Positions 37,262 through 49,915 of a stretch of DNA of 64,000 nt are shown here, in pieces. The stretch spans positions 90,646,001 through 90,710,000 of the forward strand of contig NC_086097.1 of the NCBI RefSeq assembly GCF_963921235.1, read 5' to 3'. The position numbers and the translations under genes are program-made. Position 1 is the stretch's first letter. Every line of letters begins with the position of its first letter. Under the pieces are notes generated by a model that saw only the letters and a program-made list of their open reading frames with translations, was not told the origin of the DNA and made no database searches. Origin of the DNA: Mobula hypostoma (Eukaryota).

Positions 37262-38757
37262 AAATGTGAAGGTAAGCTAACCGATAATATAAAATAGGAT
37301 ACAAGAAGTTGTTTTTTTCAGATATATGAGGAATAAAAGAGAGATAAGAGTGGATATCAGACTGCTGGAAAATGATGCTGTAGAGGTAGAAATAGGGGAC
37401 TAAAAATGGCGGAGGAACTTAAGTATTTTGTGTCAGTCTTCACTGTGGGAGGCCCTAGCAGAATACCAGAAAGGCAGGAGTGTCAAGGGGTAGAAAGTGC
37501 TTGAGAAGTTGAAAACTCTGAAGGTAAATAAGTCTCCTGGACCAGATGGATGACACCCCAGGGTTAAAGAGATTGTGGAGGAATTAGTAATGATCTTTCA
37601 AAACTCACTATATTCTGGAATGGTTCCTGAGTACTGGAGTATTGCAAATGTTATTCCACTGTTTAAGATGGGAGTGAGGCAGAAAAAAACACAAAATTAT
37701 AGGCCAGTTAGCCTGACTTCAGTTGTTGGAAAGATATTGGAGTCTTTAATTAAGGAAGAGGCCCATGATAAAGTAGGCCAAAGTCAGCATGGTTTTCTAA
37801 AGAGGAAATCTTGCCTGACAAATCTGTTGGAATTCTTTGAGGAAGTAACAGGGAGGATAGACAAAGGAGAGTCAGTGGAAGTTGTTTATTTGGATTTTCG
37901 GAGGCCTTTAACATGGTGATGCACACGAGGCTGCTTAACAAAATAGGAGCCCATGGTATTATGGGAAAGACATTAGATTGGCTGACTGGCAGGAGGCAAA
38001 GAGTGGGAATAAAGGGGACCTTCTCTGGTTGGCTGCTGGTAACTACTGGTGTACCGTGGGGGTCGGTTTTGGGACCACTTCTTTTATATGTTGGTGATCA
38101 GAATTGATAGCTTTGTGGCCAAGTTTGCCATGATACCAAGATAGGTGGAGGGGCAAGTAATGCTGAAGATGCAGGGAGTCTGCAGAAGGACTTGGACATA
38201 TTGAGGGAATGGGCAAAGAAGTGGCAGTTGGCATATAATGTAGGGAGGTGCATGGTCATGCACTTTGGTAGAAGGAATAAAGGCATGGACTGTTTTGTAA
38301 ATGAGGAGAAAATTCCAAAATCAGAGATACAGAGGGAATTGGGAGTCCTTGTGCAGGATTCCCAAAAGGTTAACCTAAATGAAACCTATCGAAAATTGAA
38401 AGGTCTGGATAGAGTGGTTATGGAGAGGATGTTTCGTATAGTGGGAGATTCTAGGACCAGAGGGCAGAACCTCAGAATTGAGGGATGTTCATTTAGAACC
38501 AGAAATTAAGAAAAATTTCTTTCACTGGAGTGAGGTGAATCCATGGAACTCTTTGCCACAAACAGCTGTGCAGGCCAAGTTATTGGGTATATTTAAGGCA
38601 GAAGTTGATAGGTTCTTGATTAGTTAAGGCATCGAAGGTTACAGGGAGAAGGCAGGAGAATGGGGCTGACAGGGATAATAAGTCAGCCATGATGGAATGG
38701 CGGAGGAACCTTGCTGGGACAGATGGCCGAATTCTGCTCATTGGTCTTATGGTCTTC
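37262..38757 (+). mobile_element. CR1 LINE ORF2 (RT) and 3' UTR, degenerate
   Basis: KSPGPDG, NYRPVSLTS, QHGF..SCLTNL, YLDF and GVPWGSVLGP, with many frameshifts. Confidence 0.88.
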
Positions 38758-41386
38758 TGATCAGGAAGAGACAAATTTACTTCCTCAAGAAACATCAGTA
38801 CTCCATACAGGCTTTTCTGACAACTCAGCAGTTTCATCTCAGTGTCCTCACAACTGATGCCTCCTTTTTATTCCAGATTTGCTTTATTACCTTAAATTTT
38901 CTCGGCGACCTGGGATTCAAACTCAGGTTTTAGGGTTAGTGGTCCACATCCTTGAATATCAGTTCAGTCGTTTAACCACATACCAAGACAAGAAGAAAGA
39001 CTGAAGCGTTTAAACTTAAATGTGAAACACAAAATTAAGAGCATTGAACTCTTTAAGGTTATATATGCCACATCCATGGTCTTAGTTTCTATCACACTGA
39101 CCATAGACATAAAAATAAAATGTCATTATGCAAATTGTGGCATTTAGCCAAAGTCTGATGCATTATACTCAGATAAGTCATTGAGTCGCGTATTCCTGAT
39201 TACAAATACATAAATCACGGAAGGTCGCAGCCTCGAGGCTGATTGTAGATTTCAACATTAAAATGTCAATCTGTCTCTGCCAGCCTTATCTGCAGACAAG
39301 CGCTGCAATATAAGTGAAACATTTTAACAAGAGAACATAAGTTATATTGATATAAATCATTTAAATTAATAAAATGCCCCCTTCTATATCATTGAAGTAT
39401 TATCAGACAACACAGGCATGATGCCCAACAAAGTCCCTTCCAAAACTCAATCTCTATTTTCTGTTGTCCCTTGGAGTGTCTGTTGTTTCAGGAGATTTTG
39501 CTCCTAAAGGTGTAAGTCATTGACCATGGCTGAGTGGTAACTTTTTAGTATTCAGTCGCTAATGGAGGGATCAAGTCTCTTCAACACATAATTGTATTGT
39601 CCTGGGTTTTTGAACTGGGGACCTCAAGTTGTACCTGAATTTTGGCTTGTAATACTGATAGCTGGAAATATCCAAGGATCTTCCTAATGTCTGAGGCCAG
39701 GACCCATAATTAAAATGGTTGCAAATAATCAGGGGCCACAAGAAGTAGCAAATCAATATAGTCATGACATTACCCTTAAAATTTAACGTTTCAGCTCGTT
39801 GAACCAGTCCTTGTGTCTGCTAGGCACAGAATGATTAACTACCTGCAACTTGGAAAGCTTTTTAATTTTTAATTTTGTTTATGTTTTCCCATAAAAATTA
39901 ATTGAAAGTCACAAAGTGGCACGCTAACATTTGAGAAGAGGAGGGGATGAAAGAGCATTCATTTTGCATGCAAGGTTTGATGCAGCTGCATAAAGGATGG
40001 AATTACACATAATGCAATCATATCCAAATCTCTGTAACTTTTGCAGCCTTCTAATTGACTTATTCCCCCCCGCCCCCAACCAAGTATGATATGTCTCTGG
40101 AGCAGATGTGCAGAGAAAGCTACAGGGAACCACCCAAACTGGAGAATATTGTGGATATGGTGGCAAAATTATCAGCAGTCATATGCAGACTGTGCACCCA
40201 TCTAGGGACATGATGTTCTTCAAGTGAAACAGCAGCAACAGAGTAGAAAATAGAGATCCTTTGTGAAATCATCACCCATTTTCCAACTGATTTCCCCAGT
40301 GTTGAGATCACATTGTGAGCACCGTATACAGAACACAAGTGAACCCTTCCTTTACCTTCTTCAGTCAACCCTGAGGTTCCAATTGCCTGTTCCTTGCCAA
40401 GGCACTTTTCACTTTTAGGATTTACCATTGAATGCAACAGTTTCAGAAAACCAACTACTCTAGTCTTATATCTTATATTCCATCATTTATCGTTTATCTT
40501 TCTCTTCCTCCTCTCCCGGTAGTTTCAGCTATTTGTCTCCTATTTATACTATTCCAGAAAGATTCCTTTGTTCTTCACTAGCCTTAGCTTTTCTCAGCCA
40601 GCAACACTGCAATCACTAAATCTCTCCTGGTCCCCCAGGCACGATCACTGACTTTCCATCTGGTTCGAGCTGACCTTTTCTCTTCCTTTGCAACTTCATG
40701 CTTGTTACAACTGTGCCCACTTCTGAAGAAAGGACATTGTCCTGAAGTATTAACCTTGTTTCTCTGTCTGCTAAAAATGGCATATTATGTTTGTATTTTA
40801 ATTTTCAGGCTTCCAGATTCTGCAAGTTTGCTTTTAGATTCCACATCCACATAATTGAAGTGTTTAGCTTTCCAAATAAACCACCATTTTTTTAATGTCT
40901 ATCATTGAGTCACTAATCAAGACATTGCAAAGGACTATTATATAGTTCTAATTTTTCCTTCTACTATTGGCGAAGGCTATTCAGCCCATTGAGTTAATGC
41001 TGGCTCTTACAGAAATGTCCTCAGTCCTATTCCTGTACTTATTACCATTGCTTATTCTCTTTCACATGCCCAATTCCCATTTAATCCTCCCACTACAAAC
41101 TTCGACACGGGTTAACTTACAGGGAATAATTAACCGACATGCCTTTGGAACATTAAAGCCAAAGTCAAATACTACTTTATTGTCATGTGCACAAGTATAT
41201 ATATGCACAGGTGCAGTGAAAAACCTACTTGCAGCAGCATATAAACAGAATTCACAAGAAAAACATGAACTATACTGAAATGCTACGCAATTGTTACAGG
41301 AGAGAACACAATTAGAGTAAAAGCAAGTGAATTGTAGTGTAAGCTGTTCAAAATGGCCGTAATGTTGCTGTACTGAGATAATAATT

Positions 41387-42034
41387 CAGGGAGGGAGGAG
41401 AAGATGGCGGTGCGACACAGCATGCGCGGCCGTTCCGAATGAATATCGTATTGTATATCTAGGGGCCGTGCACAATCCTGATTTGATGGAGACAGCCGTG
41501 AGAAGCGCAGAGGAACATCTGGAGTAACTTCTGAAATGCCTGCTTCACTGCCGCTGCTACTGTGCGATCGAGAATCTCCGGAGACGAAGGCCCCAAATCC
41601 TCGGCTTTGCGTATTGCCTGTTGCCGGGGCTGGGGTCGAAGCGCTCGGCAGAGATGGTGCTTGGTGCTCGGTGTCGAAGAGGTGGGTCGGAGGCTCGGAG
41701 TTTTCGGACGGACTCGGAGTCGGACTGTGGTCGGATGCTTCCAGGATGCTGCACCGGCAAGTTGGCGGCGCTGGAGGTTCACCGTCTGTGTGAGATGATG
41801 GGACTTTCGAGAGACTTTGAGACTTTTACTGTGCCGTGGTCTGTTCTTATTAAATTACGGTATTGCTTTCCACTGTTGTAACTATATGTTATAATCATGT
41901 GGTTTTTGTTAGTTTTTAAGTCGGTTTGTCATGTGTTTTCGTGATGTCATTCTGGAAAAACATTTTATCACTTCTTAATGCATGCATTACTAAATGACAA
42001 TAAAAGAGGACTGCGTGTCCTCATAATCATAGTC
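41387..42034 (+). mobile_element. ~630-bp non-coding retroposon (SINE-like), full length
   Basis: GGAGGAGAAGATGGCGG start and a (TCATAA)-type tail. ATAATT is duplicated at 41381-41386 and 42035-42040. Confidence 0.88.
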
Positions 42035-42689
42035 ATAATTAGGGTTGTGTCATTTAGTGCAAAAAGTGAATGGTCGGAGTGAACTATTTGTTTGTGAACC
42101 TGGCTGTGTGGCACTTCAGGCTTCTGTACCTGCTGCCTGATAGTAGCTGTGAGAAGATGGAATCGCCAGGATATTGCGGATCTTTGATGATAGATGGTGT
42201 TTTCTTGAGGCAGTGCATGTAGATACTACCAAAGGGGAGGGGAGAGGGGAGGTGCCTGTGTGCTAATTCTGTAATGTAATTTCTTGCATTCCTGCATATT
42301 GAAAATGTTGTACCAGACCATGATGTAAGCATGAAGGAAACCAGACAATTGGAGAAAACCATGTGCTTACACAGACAATGTTGAAATGCCGCACAGAGAG
42401 CAACAGAAGTCGCGATCACACCCAGGTCTCAGGAGTAATGAGACAGCAACACTACCCGTTACACCACAATAGCACTTGTACATGTCTCCTGACAACTTTG
42501 ACTCATACCCATTCAAATAGCACAATGTTTGAAGGGATATTTATATTCTACAATGAGGTTCATTTATTGAGGATGTGTGCATGACTTGGAACTGCTGGAT
42601 TTGACATGTATTAACGTAGCTACGAAATTGTGCTGGAGCTCCCGAGCTTTCAACTTCACTCAGTCATCAGCTTCATCAAGGCGTGACCT

Positions 42690-42835
42690 CAATATGACAG
42701 GTCTCAGGCAGAGTGATCAGTAGTTAATTTAATTTGTGTCATGATGTGAATAATTTTGACATTGATGTTGATTGACAGCTTTGCACCTGAAAGGTCGCCC
42801 TGAAAGCACAATTTATCTTTGATTGACAGTTTCTA
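42690..42835 (+). promoter_or_regulatory. Candidate enhancer with two PBX-MEIS/PREP decamers
   Basis: Perfect TGATTGACAG at 42769-42778 and 42820-42829, an extra TGACAG at 42695, and TAAT motifs, in sequence not recognisably repetitive. Confidence 0.35.
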
Positions 42836-42894
42836 TTAATCCTGAATGCTTGTTCTTTGATCTTCCCTTGTAGGGGTTGAACAAATATACAATC

Positions 42895-43490
42895 AAAGTT
42901 CAAAGTTGAAAGTAATATATTATTAAAGTATATGCTGTATTTGTCACCATTTCATTTTCTTGCAGGAATTCATAGAACACAGAAATACAATAGAGTCAAT
43001 GAAAAACTACATACAAAGATTGATGGGCAACCAATGTGCAAAAGAAGGCAAACTGTGCAAATAATAACAGCAAATAAGCAAATAAGTAACGGTGAAAAGT
43101 CTTTGAAAATGAGTCCATAGGTTTAGAATCAGTTCAGAGCTGAGGTGAGTGAAGTTATCCCATTTGGTTCAGGAGCCTGATGGTTGTAGGGTAACAATTG
43201 TTCCTGAACTTAGTGGTGTGGGACCAGAGGCTCCTGTACCTTCTTCCCAATAGCGGCAGTCAGAAGAGACCATGACCTGGACGGTGGCAGGTCTTTGATG
43301 ATGGATGCTGCCTTCTTGTGTCAGCGCCACTTGTAAATGTGCTTAATGACGGGGAGGGCTTTGCCTGTGATGGACCAGGCTGTCTCCACTAATTTTGTAC
43401 ACTTTTGAATTCATCAGCATTGGTGTTTCCATACCAGGCCATAATACAAGCAGTTGGGATACTATCCACTGTGCACCTATAGATGATCTG
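42895..43490 (-). mobile_element. Rex1/Babar-like 3' fragment, degenerate
   Basis: Minus-strand WYGN..IIKD...P.H..F..L..GRRYRS motifs as in 8777-9331, with a short tandem tail near 42895. Confidence 0.65.
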
Positions 43491-46181
43491 AGCCGGACCA
43501 CAGGAAAATGGGAGTGGAAGGGGAGATAGGTACAAAATTTATTTGGCGTGAGGATAAATAATGGGTAATAGGAGGCTGACTGTTTCCTGTCCTCTTATCC
43601 TTTCCTCTGTGCTGCCCTCAGTTGTATTAATACAAGATGGGTGGTCATCTTATGACGATGTCGGAGGTTTTTACTGAGGTTTTGCATTTATGAATTTGGA
43701 CTATGGACTTTTCCAGTGTAGCGAGCTGTAAGGTTTCACTGCCAATGTAATGGCCTCTCTGTAATGTTTCTCTGCTAAGGTAATGGGTTCTCTGTAGCAG
43801 CAATGTTTGGGTTATGACTAGAGATAACGGGGGCTTTGGCATGTATGCTAGCCAATGAGAGGAATGTTGTCTTTTCTTGTGGGTCAGGGAGCTGGAATTT
43901 CGTGGTCTTTTGTCGGTGAGAGATGAAGAGATGAGACGCGAATGGAAAGAGTTGGTAGACCACCAGATGGAGTGGACTTGGAGCGAGGGTCCGATGGTCA
44001 ACGACACTCGGAGGAGGTCAAGGGGGGTCGATTGGACGATTCTGTGAGCTCCAACGTGCACTTTAGACTGTTTATTAAAATGAGCCCTTTTTCTTTTTAT
44101 TTTCTTTACTAACCCCATAGTCAGATCAAGATTTATAAAGTTCAATCATTTAATTGCATACAGTGTACTGTCTGATATTTTGAGGTTCGGATTTGTAACC
44201 ATCATGCAGCATCCACACAAATGAGATTTCTCAGTTTGGCTGGGCCAGAGGCTGTCTTACCCTTGACAAATGCATGCTGGCCGAACCTCAGGGTTACAAT
44301 TGTGGGGATACTGTTCCAGGAATGATTCTGTTGGATGCTGTGTGATTGCCCTGAGCACTCAACCAGTGGGTTGTGTGTTTAAGTCTGTGCTGGTATTGAT
44401 GATGGTGGGGTGGAGCTCTGGTTTGCCTCCATGGGGTTACCAGTAACTAATGCGTGTGTGTTGAGTGGGGTGGATATTCGTAACCCGGATGAATTGTTAA
44501 TTGGATTTTTGACTACGGTTAAAGCTGTTGGCAAAGTTGCGGTTGTAGCACAGAGATTTGATAAAATGGTGGGCTCAGACCTTGTTTTAGTTCAGACTGG
44601 CGCTGATGTAACAGGGGTGGAACTGCCCGCTTCTATCGGTGTCTCAGGTGAGGCAGGGCCATGGACTGCCCATACCGTCAGGGAGGAGGGAGTGTAGCGG
44701 AGCAGGCCAAGTCACAAGTCCAGCTTCCCGTAGCTGGAGACTTCACAGGCAGGGTTCTATCGTTTCTGAGGAATGAGGGGAAGGATTGGTCGGATTTGGA
44801 ATGTCTAATTAGTCCCCGTCCCCCAGTGAAAAGTGAGAATTTTGAGGTAGTATCTGTTCTTACCTCTCTGGCGAATAAATGGAAAAATGCCCAGGTTCAA
44901 AGTCCCTGCTATGGTAGGTTCCGCCTGTTCTCTGGAATACACCCACTCCTAAAGGGGAAGAGAAGTATGAGACTTGGGTGGAGAAGACCTCTCAGTTGTT
45001 AGATGAGTGGCAGTGCCCTGGTGACGTAAGGCGACAGAGATTGGTTGAAAGTTTGAGTGGGCAGGCTGCTGATATGGTGAGAGCTGTGAAAACACGCCAG
45101 CCCTTAGCTAGCATTGCTGATTATCTGGGCGCATTGGAGAGTGCCTTTGGCCCGACAGGGCGCCCACTGGAGCTCATGGCGGGGTTTCAGAACATGCGTC
45201 AGGAGAAAGGGGAGAAGCTTTCTGTTTACATTTTTTGGCTAGAGACGCAGCTAAATTGCTTGCAGCGCAGAGGGGCCATTCAGGCAACTGAGGTGGATCA
45301 GTTAAGAATGGACCAGATAGCCAGGGGCGCCCAGTCCCAGGACCTGATTGCTTGCGGTCTCCAATAGTCTCGTAAGACACCCCCCATCTTTTGTTGAGCT
45401 AATCAGAGAGGTATGGGAGGAGGAGGACGCATCGGAGGCGTGCAAGGCCTCCATCAGCAGGGTACAGTCCTCGGTAGTGGTCCCCTGTGGTGAAGTGACA
45501 CGGATAGCCTGCCCTGGGGAGCAATAGAGGAGATTGTGACAAAGTTGAGAACTGAAATGTCTTGGCTGTTATGAGCAGGTGCGACCCACCCCCATATGAT
45601 GGAGCTGATGGGTGGAGACGTATCCCCCAAGGGGACAAACAATGCGGAGGGCTGCTGGCAGCAGGTGTCACGCAAGAAGGAGAGTGAGCCCCTGGGTACC
45701 TAAGCAGGGAGAGTCGTTGGGAAAACATAGAGGAGACCCAGTGAGGGAACGGCTTGGTGTGTCTGGGGGAACACATTGCCAGCAATGTACCAAGGAACCC
45801 CCGAAAGTGAAAGATCCTATTCCTGAAGGCTTAGTGGGACCACGCTCCAGTATGTCGCTGTGGATAGAAGGTGTTTACACTAAAGCCATACTCGACAACG
45901 GGTCGCAGGTCACGTTGTTGTACCATTCATTTTACAACTGGTATCTGAAGCATTTATCATTGAGCCCATTCAGGGCACTGGAGATCTGGGGTCTCAGTGC
46001 CAGTGATAATCTGTACGATGATTATTTGTCAGTGAAGCTGGAGTTTTCGGAGGCCGATGTGGGATTGTCTGAGATCCTTGATACATTAAACATAGAAACA
46101 TAGAAAATAGGTGCAGGAGTAGGCCATTTGGTCCTTCGAGCCTGCACCGCCATTTATTATGATCATGGCTGATCATCCAAC

Positions 46182-48986
46182 TCAGAACCCTGCACCAGCC
46201 TTCCCTCCATACCCCCTGATCCCTGTAGCCACAAGGGCCATATCTAACTCCCTCTTAAATATAGCCAATGAACCGGCCTCAACTGTTTCCTGTGGCAGAG
46301 AATTCCACAGATTCACCACTCTCTGTGTGAAGAAGTTTTTCCTAATCTCAGTCCTAAAAGGCTTCCCCTTTATCCTCAAACTGTGACCCCTTGTTCTGGA
46401 CTTCTCCAATATCAGGAACAATCTTCCTGCATCTAGCCTGTCCAATCCCTTTAGGATTTTATACGTTCCAATCAGATCCCCCCTCAATCTTCTAAATTCC
46501 AACGAGTACAAGCCCAGTTCATCCAGTCTTTCTTCATATGAAAGTCCTGCCATCCCAGGAATCAATCTGGTGAACCTTCTTTGTACTCCCTCTATGGCAA
46601 GGATGTCTTTCCTCAGATTAGGGGACCAAAACTGCACACAATACTACAGGTGTGGTCTCACCAAGGCCTTGTACAACTGCAGTAGTACCTCCCTGCTCCT
46701 GTACTCGAATCCTCTCGCTATAAATGCCAGCATACCATTCGCCTTTTTCACCGCCTGCTGTACCTGCATGCCCACTTTCAATGACTGGTGTATAATGACA
46801 CCCAGGTCTCGTTGCACCTCCCCTTTTCCTAATCAGCCACCATTCAGATAATAATCTGTTTTCCTATTTTTGCCACCAAAGTGGATAACTTCACATTTAT
46901 CCACATTAAATTGCATCTGCCATGAATTTGCCCACTCACCCAACCTATCCAAGTCACCCTGCATCCTCTTAGCATCCTCCTCACAGGTAACACTGCCGCC
47001 CAGCTTCGTGTCATCCGCAAACTTGGAGATGCTGCATTTAATTCCCTCATCCAAGTCATTAATATATATTGTAAACAACTGGGGTCCCAGCACTGAGCCT
47101 TGCGGTACCCCACTAGTCACTGCCTGCCATTCTGAAAAGGTCCCGTTTATTCCCACTCTTTGCTTCCTGTCTGCTAACCAATTCTCTATCCACATCTTTG
47201 ATAACTGACTCCAGCAGTTTCCCCACCACCAACGTTAGGCTAACCGGTCTATAATTCCCCAGTTTCTCTCTCCCTCCTTTTTTAAAAAGTGGGGTTACAT
47301 TAGCCACCCTCCAATCCTCAGGAACTAGTCCAGAATCTAACGAGTTTTGAAAAATTATCACTAATGCATCCACTATTTCTTGGGCTACTTCCTTAAGCAC
47401 TCTGGGATGCAGACCATCTGGCCCTGGGGATTTATCTGCCTTTAATCCCTTCAATTTACCTAACACCACTTCCCTACTAACGTGTATTTCGCTCAGTTCC
47501 TCCATCTCACTGGACCCTCTGTCCCCTACTATTTCTGGAAGATTATTTATGTCCTCCTTAGTGAAGACAGAACCAAAGTAATTATTCAATTGGTCTGCCA
47601 TGTCCTTGCTCCCCATAATCAATTCACCTGTTTCTGTCTGTAGGGGACCTACATTTGTCTTTACCAGTCTTTTCCTTTTTACATATCTATAAAAGCTTTT
47701 ACAGTCAGTTTTTATGTTCCCTGCCAGTTTTCTCTCATAATCTTTTTCCCCTTCCTAATTAAGCCCTTTGTCCTCCTCTGCTGAACTCTGAATTTCTCCC
47801 AGTCCTCAGGTGAGCCACTTTTTCTGGCTAATTTGTATGCTTCTTCTTTGGAATTGATACTATCTCTAATTTCTCTTGTCAGCCACGGGTGCACTACCTT
47901 CCTTGATTTATTCTTTTGCCAAACTGGGATGAACAATTGTTGTAGTTCATCCATGCAATCTTTAAATGCTTGCCATTGCATATCCACCGTCAATCCTTTA
48001 AGTGTCATTTGCCAGTCTATCTTAGCTAATTCACGACTCATACCTTCAAAGTTACCCCTCTTTAAGTTCAGAACCTTTGTTTCTGAATTATCTATGTCAC
48101 TCTCCATCTTAATGAAGAATTCCACCATATTATGGTCACTCATACCCAAGGGGCCTCTCACGACAAAATTGCTAATTAACCCTTCCTCATTGCTCAAAAC
48201 CCAGTCTAGAATAGCCTGCTCTCTACTTGGTTCCTCGACATGTTGGTTCAAAAAACCATCCCGCATACATTCCAAGAAATCCTCTTCCTCAGCACCTTTA
48301 CCAATTTGGTTCACCCAATCTACATGTAGATTGAAGTCACCCATTATAACTGCTGTTCCTTTATTGCACACATTTCTAATTTCCTGTTTAATACCATCTC
48401 CGACCTCACTACTACTGTTAGGTGGCCTGTACACAACTCCCACCAGCGTCTTCTGCCCCTTAGTGTTACGCAGCTCTACCCATATCGATTCCACATCTTC
48501 CCGGCTTATGTCCTTCCTTTCTATTGCGTTAGTCTCATCTTTAACCAGCAACGCCACCCCACCTCCTTTTCTTTCATGTCTATCCCTCCTGAATATTGAA
48601 TATCCCTGAACGTTGAGCTCCCATCCTTGGTCACCCTGGAGCCATGTCTCTGTGATCCCAACTATATCATAATCATTGATAACAATCTGCACTTTCAACT
48701 CATCCACCTTGTTACGAATACTCCTTGCATTGACACACAAAGCCTTCAGGCACTCTTTTACAACTCTCTTAGCCCTTATACAATTATGTTGAAAAGTGGC
48801 CCTTTTTGATCCTTGCCCTGGATTTGTCGGCCTGCCACTTTTACTTTTCTCCTTACTACTTTTTGCTGCTACCCTCACTTTACACCCCTCTGTCTCTCTG
48901 CACTAGTTCCCATCCCCCTGTTGTGAACTAACCACCTCTCGCCTAGCCTCTTTAATTTGATTCCCACCCCCCAACCATTCTAGTTT
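46182..48986 (-). pseudogene. CR1 ORF2 (APE endonuclease plus RT), disrupted
   Basis: VNARSI, ITETWL, GGGVA, VYRPP, MGDFN, SDH, KSPGPDG, NYRPVSL, GVPQGS and FADD. Frameshifts, one stop, and an internal deletion at ~47195. Confidence 0.9.
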
Positions 48987-49915
48987 AAAGTCACCTCAGT
49001 AGCCCTCGCTAATCTCCCTGCCAGGATATTGGTCCCCCTAGGATTCAAGTGTAACCCGTCCTTTTTGTACAGGTCACGCCTGCGCCAAAAGAGGTCCCAA
49101 TGATCCAAAAACTTGAATCCCTGCCTCCTGCTCCAATCCCTCAGCCACGCATTTACCCTCCACCTCATTGCATTCCTACTCTCACTGTCGCGTGACACAG
49201 GCAGTAATCCTGAGATTACTACCTTTGCAGTCCTTTTTCTCAACTCCCTTCCTAGCTCCCTATATTCTCCTTTCAGGACCTCTTCCCTTTTCCTACCTAT
49301 GTCATTGGTACCCATATGTACCACGACCTCTGGCTCCTCACCCTCCCACTTCAGGATATCTTGAACATGATCAGAAATATCCTGGACCCTCTCACCAGGG
49401 AGGCAAACTACCATCCGGGTCTCTGGACTGCGTCCACAGAATCGCCTGTCTGACCCCCTTACTATCGAGCCCCCTATCACAACTGCCTTCCTCTTCCTTC
49501 CCCTACCCTTCTGAGCTATAGGGCCGGACTCTGTGCCAGAGGCACGACCACTGTTGCTTCCCCCAGGTAAGCTGTCCCCTCCAACAGTACTCAAACAGGA
49601 GTACCTATTGTTAAGGGGCACAGCCACCAGGGTACTCTCTATTACCTGACTCTTCCCCTTCCCCCTCCTAACCGTGAGCCACTTGTCTGCGTCCCGTGGC
49701 CCCGGTGTGACCACCTGCCTGTAACTCCTCTCTATCAACTCCTCACTCTCCCTGACCAGACGAAGGTCATCGAGCTGCAGCTCCAGTTCCGTAACGCGGT
49801 TCCTTAGGAGCTGCATCTCGATGCACTTGGCGCAGATGTAGACGTCCGGGAGGCTTGGAGACTCCAGGGCCTCCCACATCCGACACCGAGAACAGCAAAC
49901 TGCCCTCACACTCAT
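48980..49915 (-). CDS. CR1 ORF1p (Zn-finger/leucine zipper plus SGNH esterase-like), open reading frame intact, 311 aa
   Basis: ATG at 49915. CSRC..CAKC, LELQLDDL zipper, VIGGS (GDS variant), PG, HMGTND and DGLH. Ends TLN*. Confidence 0.8.
   Translation of the reverse strand: MSVRAVCCSRCRMWEALESPSLPDVYICAKCIEMQLLRNRVTELELQLDDLRLVRESEELIERSYRQVVTPGPRDADKWLTVRRGKGKSQVIESTLVAVPLNNRYSCLSTVGGDSLPGGSNSGRASGTESGPIAQKGRGRKRKAVVIGGSIVRGSDRRFCGRSPETRMVVCLPGERVQDISDHVQDILKWEGEEPEVVVHMGTNDIGRKREEVLKGEYRELGRELRKRTAKVVISGLLPVSRDSESRNAMRWRVNAWLRDWSRRQGFKFLDHWDLFWRRRDLYKKDGLHLNPRGTNILAGRLARATEVTLN

Noticed and set aside
40120..40437. 105-aa minus-strand ORF with an apparent splice donor
   Set aside because: Its 5' part overlaps a plus-strand degenerate Penelope-like 3' end, and I see no good acceptor or recognisable domain.
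44410..45600. PNMA-like ORFs as a domesticated host gene
   Set aside because: They are frameshifted and embedded between an LTR/PBS and protease-RT-RNase H, so this is ordinary decayed Gypsy gag.
47833..48609. 258-aa plus-strand ORF (and similar ORFs at 140-472, 26688-27395, 50486-51082)
   Set aside because: These are antisense shadows of retroelement ORFs with no recognisable motifs.
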